Under the pieces are notes generated by a model. The model worked only from the letters and a program-made list of their open reading frames with translations. It had not been told where the DNA came from and did not search any database. Positions 36,785-50,000 of a stretch of 57,704 nucleotides of DNA are shown here, in pieces (positions within the stretch are counted from its first letter, which is position 1; each line of letters opens with the position of its first letter). The translations under genes were made by a program, and so were the position numbers. The stretch covers positions 1 to 57,704 of the forward strand of contig MU271338.1 of NCBI GenBank assembly GCA_021432655.1. The letters run 5' to 3'. This DNA comes from Atractiella rhizophila. Lineage: Eukaryota.

Positions 36785-39048
36785 ATGACGCCAAGACACA
36801 CTATCCATGCACTTCGCGAGGCGCGAACGCGAACTGATGTCCGTGCCATCCTCGAGAATCTCCTGGAAGCTATCAAGCCTGTCAATGGCAGTCCCGTACA
36901 CGAATTTGGGATTGGTCCTCATGCGACACATTACGATCGACATGCTGCTGCTTTCGAAGCATTTGCTCGCCCATTATGGGGACTCGCTTCTCTCACTGCT
37001 GTCGAGCCTGACCTGGAATTGGCCGCAAGTTGGATTCAGGGACTTGAAAAGGTCAACGAAATCGGAGAGATACGCGATAGAGACCAGAGAATGGTGGAAT
37101 GTGCACCCGTTGGATTTGCGATTGTGGTTGGGAGACTTAGTGAGCGGATGAGTGAAGATGGAAAGGAACAGTGTGCGAAGTGGTTGACAGGGTTAAATTC
37201 GAAGGATATCCCAGACACAAATTGGCGTTGGTTTCGAGTACGGTGCCCTTTTCTTTCCTTCCACATGGATTTTCACGTCCTGCAAGGTCTTCGCCAATCT
37301 TGCACTCCTTAATCTCAATATTCCCTCCGCTCCATACTCTCCCTCCCAGCTCAAAGCAGACCTGGACCGCTTGGACTCGTTTTACCTGTCTAACGGTTTT
37401 TCTCGTGACGGGCCAGCTGGAGTAAAGCAGATTGATTACTATAGTGGCAGCTTTGCGATCCAGTTTGAACAACTGGTTTATTCTGCCATCCGTTCGAAAG
37501 AAGATCCAGTTCGGTGTCAAGAGTATAGGGAGCGTGCTACGGCTTACGCACAGAGCTTCCTTCATTATGTGGACAGGAAAGGTAGGTTTGTCTACCCGCG
37601 CTGGAACCAGTTCTCATGAAATATGAAAGGACGTCCAATACCGTTTGGTAGATCGCATATTTATCGTTTCGCCATGGTGGCATTTTGGAGTGCAATGGCT
37701 TTTGCCAACGTGCCTCCTCCATCCGGTCTGCATTGGGGACACGTGAAGGGCATCATCCTACGCCATCTTCGCTGGTGGTTGTCCCAAGAGGAATGGCTGC
37801 ATGAGGATGGGACAATGACCATCGGGTACACGTATCCTAATATGAACATGACTGAGTAAGTCGACTCCCTGTCTGCCCCAAAAGCCGCCTGATATTGTGC
37901 AGAAACTATAACTCGGATGGCAGCCCATATTGGTACGGGTTAGTATTGTTCAGAGGAATAGCTTCTGATGTCTTGCAGGGCGATGAAAATCTTCGCTTGT
38001 CTTGCTCAAGGGGAGGAACATCCGTTTTGGAAGGAGGAAGAGCTTCCATCCCCATTCAATGATCCAACACTCAACCTTCCAAAAGTGGTCGAACTGGAGG
38101 AACCGTCGCACATAGTCGTAACGGACGGTAATCATTCCTACCTGCTTTCCTCGGGCCAAGCTTGTCACTACCCCTTACGCGCTGGATCAGAAAAGTAAAT
38201 AGTTTCTCTATCACAAATATGCCGCCCTGACATGATTTGTTTACAGATACGGCAAATTCTCATACAGTGCCGCATTCGGCTATTCTGTTCCCGTCGGCGA
38301 CATTGGACTTGAGCAGAAGGCAGCCGATTCCATGCTCGCCGTCTGCGACGCGGACGAAGAAGACGACTTAAATGCTGGACTCCTGAATACAGACAACGGC
38401 AAGGTGGTATCAGGATGGGAAAGCTGGAAGGTCCGCAGAGTAGTGAAGGAAGAAAGAATCAAGGACGGCGTCCTTGTTGGAACGTGGATGCCTTTCCGCA
38501 ACACAGAAATCCTGACTATCCTCGTTCCTCCACCTCTCGATTCTGACAACAACGTTCTACTTCCAGGCTGGCACCTTCGCATCCACCGTCTTCGCTACAT
38601 CGGCTCCTCTGGAGGAGGCAGGAGGCTGAAACTCGCAGATGGAGCATGGGCGATTCATGGACGTGCGGAGGGTGAGGGACGAGTATTACCCTATGTCTCC
38701 GATATCTCTGCGCAACAAGGAAAACTAGAAAAAGAAGGGGAGGCTTGGGCTAGAAGTAAAGCTGGGATTGTCGGAATCAAGGACTTCTCATGGGATCAAG
38801 CTCCGCCACGACAAGGAGTGGTCGTCTTGGCCGATCCAAACACAAATATCATGGATGCTCGAACTGTCATACCAACTCTCATCTCAATGATCGACTTGAG
38901 AGCTGGAGCGGAGGTTTGGTTGACTTCTGCAGTTTATGGAAGGCCTGAAGAAGAAGGAGTCGTGGATAACAAGGAGTTCCTTGAACGTGCAGATGCTCTG
39001 AAGCTTTGGGCTGTCGAGGCCCAACAGCGGGTCAGGAGGGAGCTCTAG
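36785..39048 (+). CDS. DUF2264 family protein (GH154-related putative glycoside hydrolase)
   Basis: [53 protein letters not shown] and KYGKFSYS. TATA at ~36720. Confidence 0.9.
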
Positions 39049-39261
39049 CTGTAATAATACAGAACATTTTCATTTGGTGAATACATACTCGTAGCAATCG
39101 TATTTCAGATTTATTTACATCTTTGGTTTCCGGGGTCTATTCCGATATTATTTGAGGATATCGTTAGCAGAGACAAATTTACAAATCGAAGGCGTCGGTT
39201 CTCCAACCATCTCTGTTCCTTTCCAATTCCGTCCTAGCAGTAACGGCATCCTTGAAGCTAT

Positions 39262-41865
39262 TCACCCTACCTTTGGCTTCTGCTCCGATATTCTGCGCTT
39301 GTCTGCTGGTTCCAGAATCAACCTCCATGGCGACTCCACTTTCCGCTGTTGTATGAGCAAGAGGACCGTGCTTGTCTCCACTGATGAGTTGCGGAGCTGC
39401 GCCAACAGCAAAGGCCTTGTCGGATTTCGGATCGTCTGTAATAATACCAACCTGTAGGAACCCACGCTTTCAGAAATGGCTGAAAGGAGTTGGGCGAACG
39501 TACACTTGTGAGCCGCATCCCATCCCACACACTAGGTTGCTGTGAAAGATAGCCAATTTCACTCTTGACTGCACCCAAGAAGGCAGCGGAATCATTCAAG
39601 CCTGTGTCCTTAAACACCCCGTATCTCTTCCTCACATCCCATGCTACATGATCGGCAAAATCAAAGGCGAGTCTAGGACGTTTTGAACTTGCAGCTTAAA
39701 AGGGGAAGAGATGACATACTGTAGATAGTTCTCCAAGGTCCTTTCAAACATTTTCTTAACACCGGAACGAAGCGTGCCTTTGAACAGCTTGCTGAGAACA
39801 CTGTGCTGGTTTTCTCTGATCACTAAGTCAAAGTCGTGTAGAATGACGTCAACTTTAGTGACTTCCCAAAAGGTAGTTCGCTCGTTACCCGTCTTGGAAG
39901 ACAGCTTGTAGGCAATCGTCGCGTCGAAGCCCTCGAGAGGGAGGGAAACGTCCGCAATTCCACTATCAGACTTGAGGAGCGGAACTTCTTTCGTTTTCAT
40001 CCAATACGACACATCCTGAGCTTTAAACTGACCTCCGCGAATGACGACATGACCGTGAGTAGTCGTGTGTTGATTGGCATCAGAAGAGGTGTCCTTTTTC
40101 GAGATATCCGTATCGATAGTCTGAGAGACCTTGATTTTCCCTGGAAGAATCTGAACAGAGGACAAGTTGACATTCTCCATGACGAACTCTCCTTCCGGAG
40201 AAACGTATTCCGTTCTGCTCATTTCATTAGTTGTTTTCTCATGAGACACATCAAAGCGCACCTCGGGATTGGGAGACTCTTGACATAAGCGAAAACACGT
40301 GGCAAGAGAACGTCGAGCAGATCCTTCAACGCATCTCGAGTAAAATTGAGGCTTCCTGCAGCTTGTTCTGCTCCTTGTACTCCAAGAATGCCGACCCAAT
40401 CAATCGCCGTTTTCCCAAGGTTGACGTTCGCCGTCTTGACTCTCTGCACATCCTTGTCCTCGACAAAATTCCTGGAATCTCTTTCCAAAATCTCTTGGAG
40501 CTTCCTTCCGTTGGGCGAACTAGCATCCGTATTAATCTGCTTCCACTCGTTGTAAAGCTTCCTCCCGTCTTCGGTTGATTCCTCTGACTCGGCATAACCA
40601 ACATCATCGATGAGTCTTCTGAAGTAGGCATCAGCTCGATCGTATAGTTCTGCAAGAGGACGGCTAGAGTCTATGTCGCTGAGGAAGGCTCCTCCGACCT
40701 GAAGAAGCTCCTTGAATGAACCCTGCGTGAAGCGAGAGAAAAGTCGATCAGCAGCCTGGAGCGCGGGTCTGAGGTGACCTGACGGATCAGGGATTGCATC
40801 GAGTTCAAAGGAAGCGGAGGATTCTCGTACTGCCGGAGGTTTTTCGCGCGCCCATTTGCGAAGGAGGTCGAGGAGGGAGTGGAGGGATGACTTGAATTCT
40901 GGCGAAGTGCGAGCGGGGTGAGTAGCCTGCAGACCTTGTGAGCCAAATGACATAAGAAAGAGAGGACGATTTACATGCTTCAACCTGTTGATAAATATCC
41001 CTCTACCTTCTTCCGTCAGCTCCTGAGTCTTATCTCTCGTGGTCTGAGCCACATCAATTCCTTGCGCTCCTCTCTTCTTGGTATAATCCATCCTGTCCTC
41101 GAACTTCTCCTTCGCATCCCTCTCCATCTTGTCATCTTCGGCCTGAACAAGATCGCCTCCTCCCTCCTCCTTCTGTCTTTCCAGCTCTCCCATTCTGTCA
41201 TCCCTTTCCCTCAAATGTTCCTTTACCTCCCGAGCACGGATCTCGACCGTTTCTGCTCCACTCGCCAGGTTTTGGCGCACAAAGTGACCATAGTCTTGTC
41301 CCAAGGCGGAAGCAAGATCGGGATAGACGCGGAGTAGGAGCTCGTAAAGCGTTCGAAGGGACGAGCGGATTATTGCCTCATCCGTTTGAAGCTCTTCCTT
41401 CGAGACTGGGATGTTTGAACTTTCATCGACCTTCTCTGATGTGACAGTTAGTTCAGCAATGAAGAATATGTCGATATATAGAGCGACGAACGCGTATGTT
41501 CCTTGGCAGTTGCCTTATGGTCCATAACGGCGGTATGCCAAAGGAAATCCTGCAAGGAGTCATCGCCTATGCATTGCTCAATCAGTAAACTTCTTTAGGT
41601 AACAACGTTCCCCATTGAGGCTTGCGTATGAAGTGAATGATAACTCACCGTTCTTGTTCTCTCCAAGCTGCTTCCACGCCTCCAGCATCTCTCTCAAATC
41701 CTTTATCATCGTCATCCCCTTCTCGCTAAACTGACCTCCATTCTGAACGCCAGATGGCTTTATAAAGTCGGATTCGAGGAGCCATGCCAAGAACGCGTTG
41801 CTTTGGGCGGTAGAGGGCAACTTCCCTGTACTGAATGCTGCTGAAATATTAGCTGCTTTTTCCAT
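39262..41865 (-). CDS. DUF4449 / HAM1-like protein
   Basis: FSTGKLPSTAQ, WKQLGENKNG, SLPIPR|TEYVS..EFVMENVNL..ILPG, and QDVSYWMK..DSGIADV. Confidence 0.82.
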
Positions 41866-42448
41866 TTTGTGAGTGTTCGTTCCGTCGTTATTGCGTTACT
41901 GTATGGCGGGAGGTTACTGTAAGAGAGGAGAATACTGTACTCGCCATTTATGAGAAGTCCACAGGCTGGTGTGCAGCAGTGAGCGCATCGAATACGCCAT
42001 TTGACGTAGACCACGAACACTTGAAAAGGTGCCGCCACCGCACGTGCAGAGTTCATTATGAAGCCCTGGCAGCTCGCACTTACGAATAAGAGTCAAGTCA
42101 AGTAGAGCGAAGGAATATTCTGTGCCATTTTCGCTCATGAGAAGGAATATGGGCAGAGCAAAGGAGGTGAGAGTGATGCAATTTCAAGCTATATTTAAGA
42201 TATCACATGGAGTATCCGAAAGCCACTCAAGTAATATCCAGCTCACACCATGGTGGGATACATTTCAAGTTTTCGGGAGCATCAATGATGGGAGAGCAAG
42301 CAAAGCTAGTGAAGACTCGAGTGAGTATGAATTGAGCAGACTTCGTACCCCAAAACCTCTCTCCCATCGTAGCTGATAAGAATTTTCAGCATCCTTGATT
42401 TTCACAAGTTTTAAGGAGGAAGATATGCGCTCCGCAAGAGGGGCGAGC

Positions 42449-42525
42449 GTGATGATCATGACGGAAACCGGCGTTCAGTCTTCATGACTTAGATGCTCAG
42501 TTGATTCTCACCTGAATGGATCTGA
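42449..42525 (+). ncRNA. Candidate box C/D snoRNA
   Basis: Box C GTGATGA (42449-42455) and CTGA at 42512 and 42522. Internal GGCGTTCAGTC and TGACTTAGA are complementary to the recalled LSU rRNA segment GRCTGAACGCCTCTAAGTCA. No terminal stem. Confidence 0.25.
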
Positions 42526-43060
42526 GGTAAATATTCAAATATTCCTTATTCCATCACTCTATATAAGATTTATTGGCTAGATAGAACAGGGATAGAGATA
42601 TGGATGAAAAACTTGAAGACAAACATGTATTTTAATATTTTCGACCAATATTTACGACCAAATCGAGCAGATAGAGTTTATAATGCTCAAGGACTCTCCT
42701 TGTTTTCCATTACAGGCTCTTTCTTCTCTCATTAACTGAAAGCTGACACACCTCCCACTCCAAACCATCTCCTTGCCCGCCGTTCCATCCCTGTCTCTTA
42801 CTGAGACTTCCACATCGACTGCTAACTGTTAGAAAAGACCAGAGGCAGTGTGGTGCCCGCAAACAGCCGGATTTGAGGATTTGTAAGGCAAGGAAGGTCA
42901 GAACGCTGGAAGTGCGATTGCCAAAGTGAAAGTGGCAAGTGCTTGCGGCGTTGTGGCAATACTGAATACTCCCTTTTCCACCACCAGCTTCGTGCTCGTA
43001 TCCTTTCCCCTGCAACACTCCAGCTGTCCCCTTTCTTTCAACTCTTCTTAACTGCCCACA

Positions 43061-45363
43061 ATGGGTCGCCTAGCCGTACGTCTTTCTTCGTACTCTGAAC
43101 GCACCTCATTCGCCTCTCGGTTGGTCAACAGGAAATGCAGCGCAAGCACCTCGAACAGCTCATGGGCCCAGAAGCCATGGGCGTCATACAGGCCGATATC
43201 AAGTTCTGGGACCCAAAAGTCTGCCGCAATTTCCTCTGCGGGACATGTCCCCACGACCTTTTCACCAACACCGTTCGTGCAGTTCCCCCTTGCTTCCCAT
43301 CTTGCGAGTAATTAGAGGAACGCGGTGTATGAATGGGCTGGTTGTAGAAAATGGACCTGGGACCGTGTCCAAAGTCTCATAATGCACGGTTAAAGGACGA
43401 ATTTAAGGCTGCACTGGCAGATCCGGATAATGCGCCAGTGGGAAGGGGAGAGATGGTTGGTTTGCAACAGGTGCGTCGCTTGTTTTGTATGAGAACTGGA
43501 AGTGGGTTTCTTTTGCGTTCGGAGAACGAGACAAGAAGGGACGTCTGAGGGAGGACACAGATGAGGGGGGAGGAGTGCTTTGATTCGCAGAGAAAACAGA
43601 GCAGAATGTGCCGCCTCCTTCTGTGGCAACTCATACTTTTATTCCTCTCTTGGATGAGACTCGTTCCATCTTAACGTCCAGTCTGGAAACCGTCGCCTCC
43701 TTGTTTTGCAATTTGGATGATTTCGAGACCTGCTGAAAGCGTTATGGAATAGAATGTAGAGTGGGAAGTAGTCAGGTTGGCGAATGTCGCGGATCACAAA
43801 CGGGAGACCTATCCACATTTAGTCTCTTCTTCATTCTTTACATGTCTTGCAACTTTGCACGAAGTTGAGCATGCATCTTGCAATGTTCAAGCGACATTTG
43901 TCCAGTGTTCTATTAACAATTTCTGCACGGATAGTTGCCTTTCAGCTGCATATGCTGTGAAAGTTGGGATTGTACATGGGCGAGAGCGTCCATGCAGCTT
44001 TTCAGAAGTAAAGATAGAGTCTGCCTGATTAACAACGACTTCCAAACGGAAGTCCAGCTGGCACCAGGTCGTTTTCGGTTTACCTACAGGATATCTACCC
44101 TACCTGTTGAATACATTTCAACGGCGCAGAGTACATGGAGACGAGGCCGTATTTCCAAATGGAAGGTGAAAACGTCAGGCTTTTAGGGATGGTTTTTTCC
44201 AGCTGCTGTTATGGTGTTTTCTGCCAAATTGTTACACCAAAGCAGATACTTCGGCGGTTGGATCTACGAGCATGATAGATTGTCTCAGCGTGCGCCGCCT
44301 GTAGGTAGACAGTGGCGTCATATCTGGAGTCAGGAATATGTTGCGAGGTAAAGCGTACTCCATATTGTTCGAATTGATAGAATGCGGAGGAGGATTTTTA
44401 GTTTGCCACATCGGGAAGTGAAGCAGACGAGGTATCCACTTTGAGAAATCTGACTGAAGATGTCAACGACAGCGAGCTTAGATGCAGGGGACATGATCTT
44501 CATTTATTTTATATTGATGAACTTCTTCCCTTCCTTACAATTTTACTACTCGTTATTGCCCTCGACCAACCCAATACTATCCTTTGGCTTTGCAAAACTA
44601 TTCATTCAGCTTCCATTTTTGACGACCCAAGGAGCCTGAAGTTAACAAATCACTTAACCAGGAATACGAACGTGCAATCCTGTCCTTTGTCGAAGAATGC
44701 GATCGTCGCATCCGCGGCTCACAACGAAGGTTGGAAAAGACGCCAGAGGAGAATAACAAGAGCACTGCGTTGATGAGAGAAATTGGGGAGATTCAGACTG
44801 CCCACGACCTGGCGATGCAAGAAGTGGAAACTCTTGGTAAGCCCTCTCTTCCCAGTCTTCCTTAACATTGCGCTCATCTGCGATTCCACCAATAGGTTCG
44901 CAAGGAAAGATTGATGAGTCAATGGCGGAACTTCAGAAAGCTGATGCTTTAAAGGCGGAGAAGCAGGAGAAGGAACGAGAGCTTCAAGCGTTGACAGAGA
45001 CAGCAGGAGCTTCAGGGCACCAGAAGTTGCGAGTGTGCGATATCTGCGGTGCTTATCTTTCAGTGCTGGATTCGGATCGTCGACTTGCAGATCACTTCGG
45101 AGGCAAGGTAACGTGCTTTCCGTCTTTGGGCTATTGAGAAAGCAGTCACAAATGAAAGACAGATGCACATCGGCTATCTTCAACTGCGTCAAACGATCGA
45201 GGAATGGCGAACTCGTGGTCCCCTCAACTTTTCTTCCATTGCTGGCGCGGGTACTGGTTCTGGCGCTGCGGCTGCTGCAGGGACGCCTAGCAAGGAAGAT
45301 GGGAGGAAGAGGGAAAGGGAAGATCGGGGTGACGACAGAGAAAAGAGAAGAAGAGTTGATTGA
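43061..45363 (+). CDS. LUC7: U1 snRNP protein Luc7
   Basis: MGRLA|EMQRKHLEQLMG, ZnF1 CRNFLCGTCPHDLFTNT|KMDLGPCPKSH, ZnF2 QKLRVCDICGAYLSVLDSDRRLADHFGGK|MHIGY, and a short R/D/E tail. Third intron is 43471-44661. Confidence 0.96.
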
Positions 45364-47044
45364 TTGTTTCCATGCACCTTTCTTCCAACTGTTGTAATCA
45401 ATTTTGGTATTGCGCACGTGACTATTTCTTCTCCGCGACATTCCTTTGAACAATTTACGGGCACCAGAACAGGGCAGTGAGGTTCCAAGAAGGAGCGCAG
45501 AATGGAAAGAAGAACAAGTTCTTTTGACTGTCTTCCTGCTCCGCGCTTCCGGAAACCAGAGAAATATATGGCTCTGAGTCCTTATTGAAGGAACCTCTCC
45601 TTCCATTATTTCTTTCGTTTACCGTATTGTGACACTCCTTTCTTGAAAGAAATGGGAGCTGCAAATGTAATTCGACTGTTGGAGCATTTCCGACTTTTCC
45701 TAAGTCCTATGGACTTCAGGGCTATCATCTCGATTCCTTCACTTCTACTCTACCATGTCCGTCTCTCGCGATCTGTAGCCATTGACGGAAATTGTAGAGT
45801 TCATTACTGCCGTCAGGGGAATTGTAATTGTAATTCACAGGGTTCGCTCTGTCTCCATCGTTTTCCTCCCTTGGCCTCAATCTCAACGATGGCCTTGTTC
45901 CCGACGCTTTCTGATGGTGGAAGGTCAAGAAAGGCTTCCCGAACTGTCCCACTCAAACGATCAATAATACGATCAATGACACAGAGTCCAGATCCATCTA
46001 GGAAGTTCGCCGACGATATCTGCGAGTGTGCATCGTGACCCTTTGAGTTGTTGGGATGAGGGGAACCTGATGAAACCCGATGGGACAGCCCCACTGATGG
46101 AGATGCTCACAAATGACAAATGAAGGTGCTCACCCTGATTCAGTGAGTTGTGAAAAGGGTCTGGGCAAGTCAGAAATAGCAACGTCTGGCTTTGCCTGAA
46201 AGCTCTATCTCCTGACCTGCCTTTGAACAAACTTGCTTTCCTCATGTTTTCATCGAAGCGGTATCGGTCCGTTCGACGCCTTTCAGAGGGAAGGGAAGCC
46301 GTCACGAGATTCCTGTGACAAATGACGAGAGACGGAGAGAAAGGATAAGGACCAGGCAGCAAAAATCTCACCCGTCACGTCAAAATCCTATCGAGACGGC
46401 ATTGACCTTGCAGGCAGACCCCTGCTTGGCTGTTCCTTCCGCTTGCTTCGAAGCTGTGCGCTGTTGACCGCGCCTGCAAAACAGGGCGTGAGCCGGACAT
46501 TCTTCAAGGAAACAGAACCCACAACTTTCTGCTCGTGTGCTTGCTCGGTCGCGTGGATGCTTCGCTGGAACCTTCGCTTTCTGATATCACTTCATCAGCA
46601 TGAGCTCTGATTATGCTGCAGACTGAATAACCATGAATGGTGCATGTTTACTGGGAGACACGACATGCTGACATCTGGATCTGCGTTGAAATTACATGTC
46701 TTCTGTCGTTCTTCTTGAATGAGCGTGTTTAAGACGCCTGACGAATCCCCAGATCCTTTCATTCGGTTCTGCGACCATTTGTTCCCGAATTAGTCCGATA
46801 AGAATGAGCAACGCGTCGAACACACGGAGGTTGGACGAACACCGACGAAATCTGCATGTGGGATCACTTAGCGCGAGGCTATCCAATATCGTTATCTCCC
46901 ACTTGTATTCAAGACTTTCTTGGCCTCATGGACCAATGTCAACGCTCCATAGCTATATAACATACACGTCTTTAACTCCAGAGCTTGGACTTGCCACCAG
47001 CCCTCCCCTTTCCTCCCACTTTCAAAGGCGCAATCACGTCTACA

Positions 47045-50000
47045 ATGGCGTCCGCTTTGGAGAAGCAACACGATCTCGATGCGAAGGACGGTTCCTTCAA
47101 CGAGAAGGGAGATGAATTCGGTGATACCGTAAGTTTTTTTTGTCACCTTCATTCCCTGTCGTACTCACCCTCGTCTCCAAACAGAATGTCGCGGTTGTGG
47201 CGGCTGACATGACGGCTCTCGCCGATGGTGCGAAGCATCTTCTCTTTCATGAGAGGGTTCTGACCGTGTGCAGACGTCGGAGAGGCTCTGGCTTATGCCA
47301 GGACTATGTCTGACGAAGACGTCGAGAAGAAGGCTGATTACGTCCTCGACTTTCATGGAAAGGATCCCAACTTTCCCGCGAGGAGTCTTGAGCTCGTTCA
47401 GCGCTGGAAAGAAACCCCCAACTTCAAGAACGTCGACCCCGAAGGATGGCACGAGTTGAAGGTTGAGATGGCCCTCATCACCATTGTGAGCCTTTTATAC
47501 TTGGCTCTAAGTCCAGAGCTTAAAATGGTTTCATCAGAACTCGCCTTACACTGAAGTCCGGGCTGTTGTCGATAACCAGTATGAATGCCTTTTCCTTTTT
47601 TAGAGTAATCCCTAATCAGTTGTCCTTCACAGCGATGATCCCTCGGAGCCGTGCCTCACATTGCGCGCTTGGATTATTGGTTTGTTTTCCTTTCACCTTC
47701 CAGTGCATTTCTGAAGTGAACGGCGCAGGTCTCATCTACGTCGCCGCCGGGAGCTTTATCAATCAGTTCTTCGATATCCGTCAGCCTGGTATCTCCATTT
47801 CTTCCAACGTCGCCCAGATTTTGGCCTACCCTGCTGGTGTCTTCTGTGCTAAAGTCCTTCCTACCCATGTGTACGTTCACCTTATGTCTTGTTGGTACCT
47901 GACCAACGTCTCAACCTAGCTTCAACACTTTCGGATACCGATGGAGTCTGAACCCTGGTCCGTTCAACAAGAAGGAGGTGAGAGATTCCCCTCAGCTGGC
48001 ATTGAACTTGGCTCAATGATGCCGTAGCACATGGTGGTTACGATCATGGCTAACGTCGGTTTCAACACACCGTACACTGCCAACATCGTCTGGGTTCAAG
48101 TGCCCGACAGGTTCTTTGGTCAGAAATGGGCTATGGATTACGGTTATCAGATCACAACCGCTCTCTCCACCAACTTCATCGGATACGGTCTTGCTGGACT
48201 GACTCGACGATTCTTGGTTTACCCAGTTATCTCGGTCTGGCCCGCCAACTTGGCCACCATCGCTCTGAACCGTGCCTTCCACGACCAGGACAGCAACAAG
48301 GTTGTTGAAGGTATGTGAGTAGCTGGTCTACAGACTGGGACTGATGCAATACCGGTGTACAGGAGGCTGGAGGGTCTCTCGAATGAGGTATTTCACCTAC
48401 TGCTTCGTTGGTGCGTGAAACTCCACCCATTCTCAGAACAGGTCTGATCTGTTTTCGCAGGAATGTTTGTCTACTTCTGGTTCCCCAACTTCATTTGCGA
48501 GGCGATGTCTTACTTCAACTGGATTACGTGAGTTTGACGTCTCTCAGAAGTGCGCATCTCACTGCGGTCGCAGATGGATTGCCCCCAACAACTACAAGCT
48601 TGCTGCTGTGAGTGTCGATGCTACCAAGGAATCGCAGAGTACTCATGCTCGCTGTAGATTACTGGATCCGTCAGCGGTCTTGGTTTCAATCCTTTGCCAA
48701 CCTTCGACTGGAATCAGCTTCTAGTCTTCACCGATCCTCTTATCTCGCCTTTCGTGAGTTGGTTGACTGGAATGTGAATTTTGCTGAGTAAACGCCTCGA
48801 TTTCCAGTACAGCACGGTGAACAGTTTCCTTGGGGCTTTGATCACCTTCCCGGTCATCGTCGGAGTTTGGTTCAGCAATGTCTACTACACCTCCTACTTG
48901 CCCATCAACTCTAATGGCGTTTTCGACAACACTGGAGCGCGTTACAACGTCTCGAAGATTGTTAACGATCAGGGTCACTTCGACTACGACGCCTTCCTCG
49001 CGTACTCCCCCGCCTACCTCGCTGCCGGAAACATTCTCCTCTACTCCTTCTTCTTTGCCGTCTATACCGCTACCATCGTCCACGCTTTCCTCTTCCACCG
49101 ATTCGAGATTGTCAATGGTTTCCGCACCATCTTCAGGAGGAAGTCTGCTTTCGAGGATCCTGAGGATATCCACATGAAGCTCATGTCCAAGTACAAGGAA
49201 GTCCCAGAATGGTAATTCCCCTTCCTATTCACTTGCTCTTAGCTGAATTCGCCCATAGGTGGTACTTCATTACCCTCCTTGCCTCAGTTGCCCTTGGTAT
49301 CGGCGGAGTAGTTGGATACCCGACACACACCAATGGAGGTATGTCTCTGCTCCTTACTCAAAATGCAGTATTAACTAACCTAACAAAGGCGTCGTCGTAT
49401 ACGGTGTTGCCTTGGCCGCTATCTTCTGTATCCCTGTCGGTATTATCAAGTCGATCACCAACCAGGAAATTACCCTCAACGTGCTTGCCGAACTTTGTGC
49501 GTCATTTTATAAATACCTACAAAATCCGCTGACTTGAAATCCCAGTCGGAGGATTGTGGTTCCCTGGTGATGCTCTGTCCATGAACTACTTCAAGAGTTA
49601 CGGCTACGTGACTACTGCCCATACCGTTCGATTCGCGCAGGATCTCAAGCTTGCGCACTACACGCATATTCCACCCAGAATTACTTTCTGTTCGTCTTTA
49701 TTCGCTCCAAAAAAACTGTTTGTTCATATTCGTGAACAGGGATCCAAATGGTTGCTACTATCGTTTCGACCTTCGTGGCCATCTCTATCGTCAATTTCCA
49801 GATGACAAACATCGAGGATGTGTGCTCTCCAACCCAGAAGGACCGATTCACCTGCCCTGGTATCAACACCTTCTTCACCGCTTCCGTCCTTTGGGGTACC
49901 CTTGGTCCCAAGAGGATGTTCGGTGCAGGATCGCTCTACCAATACCTCCTTTTCGGTTTCTTCGCTGGAGCCATCCTCCCCATCCCATTCTTTTTGCTCC

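Noticed and set aside
44514..44639. Intronic snoRNA in LUC7 (TGATGA...CTGA)
   Set aside because: Imperfect box C, no terminal stem, and the rRNA-like words are sense rather than antisense.
44719..45606. 295-aa minus-strand ORF, and similar antisense ORFs over OPT, DUF4449 and the protease
   Set aside because: Antisense shadows of real genes with no recognisable motifs.
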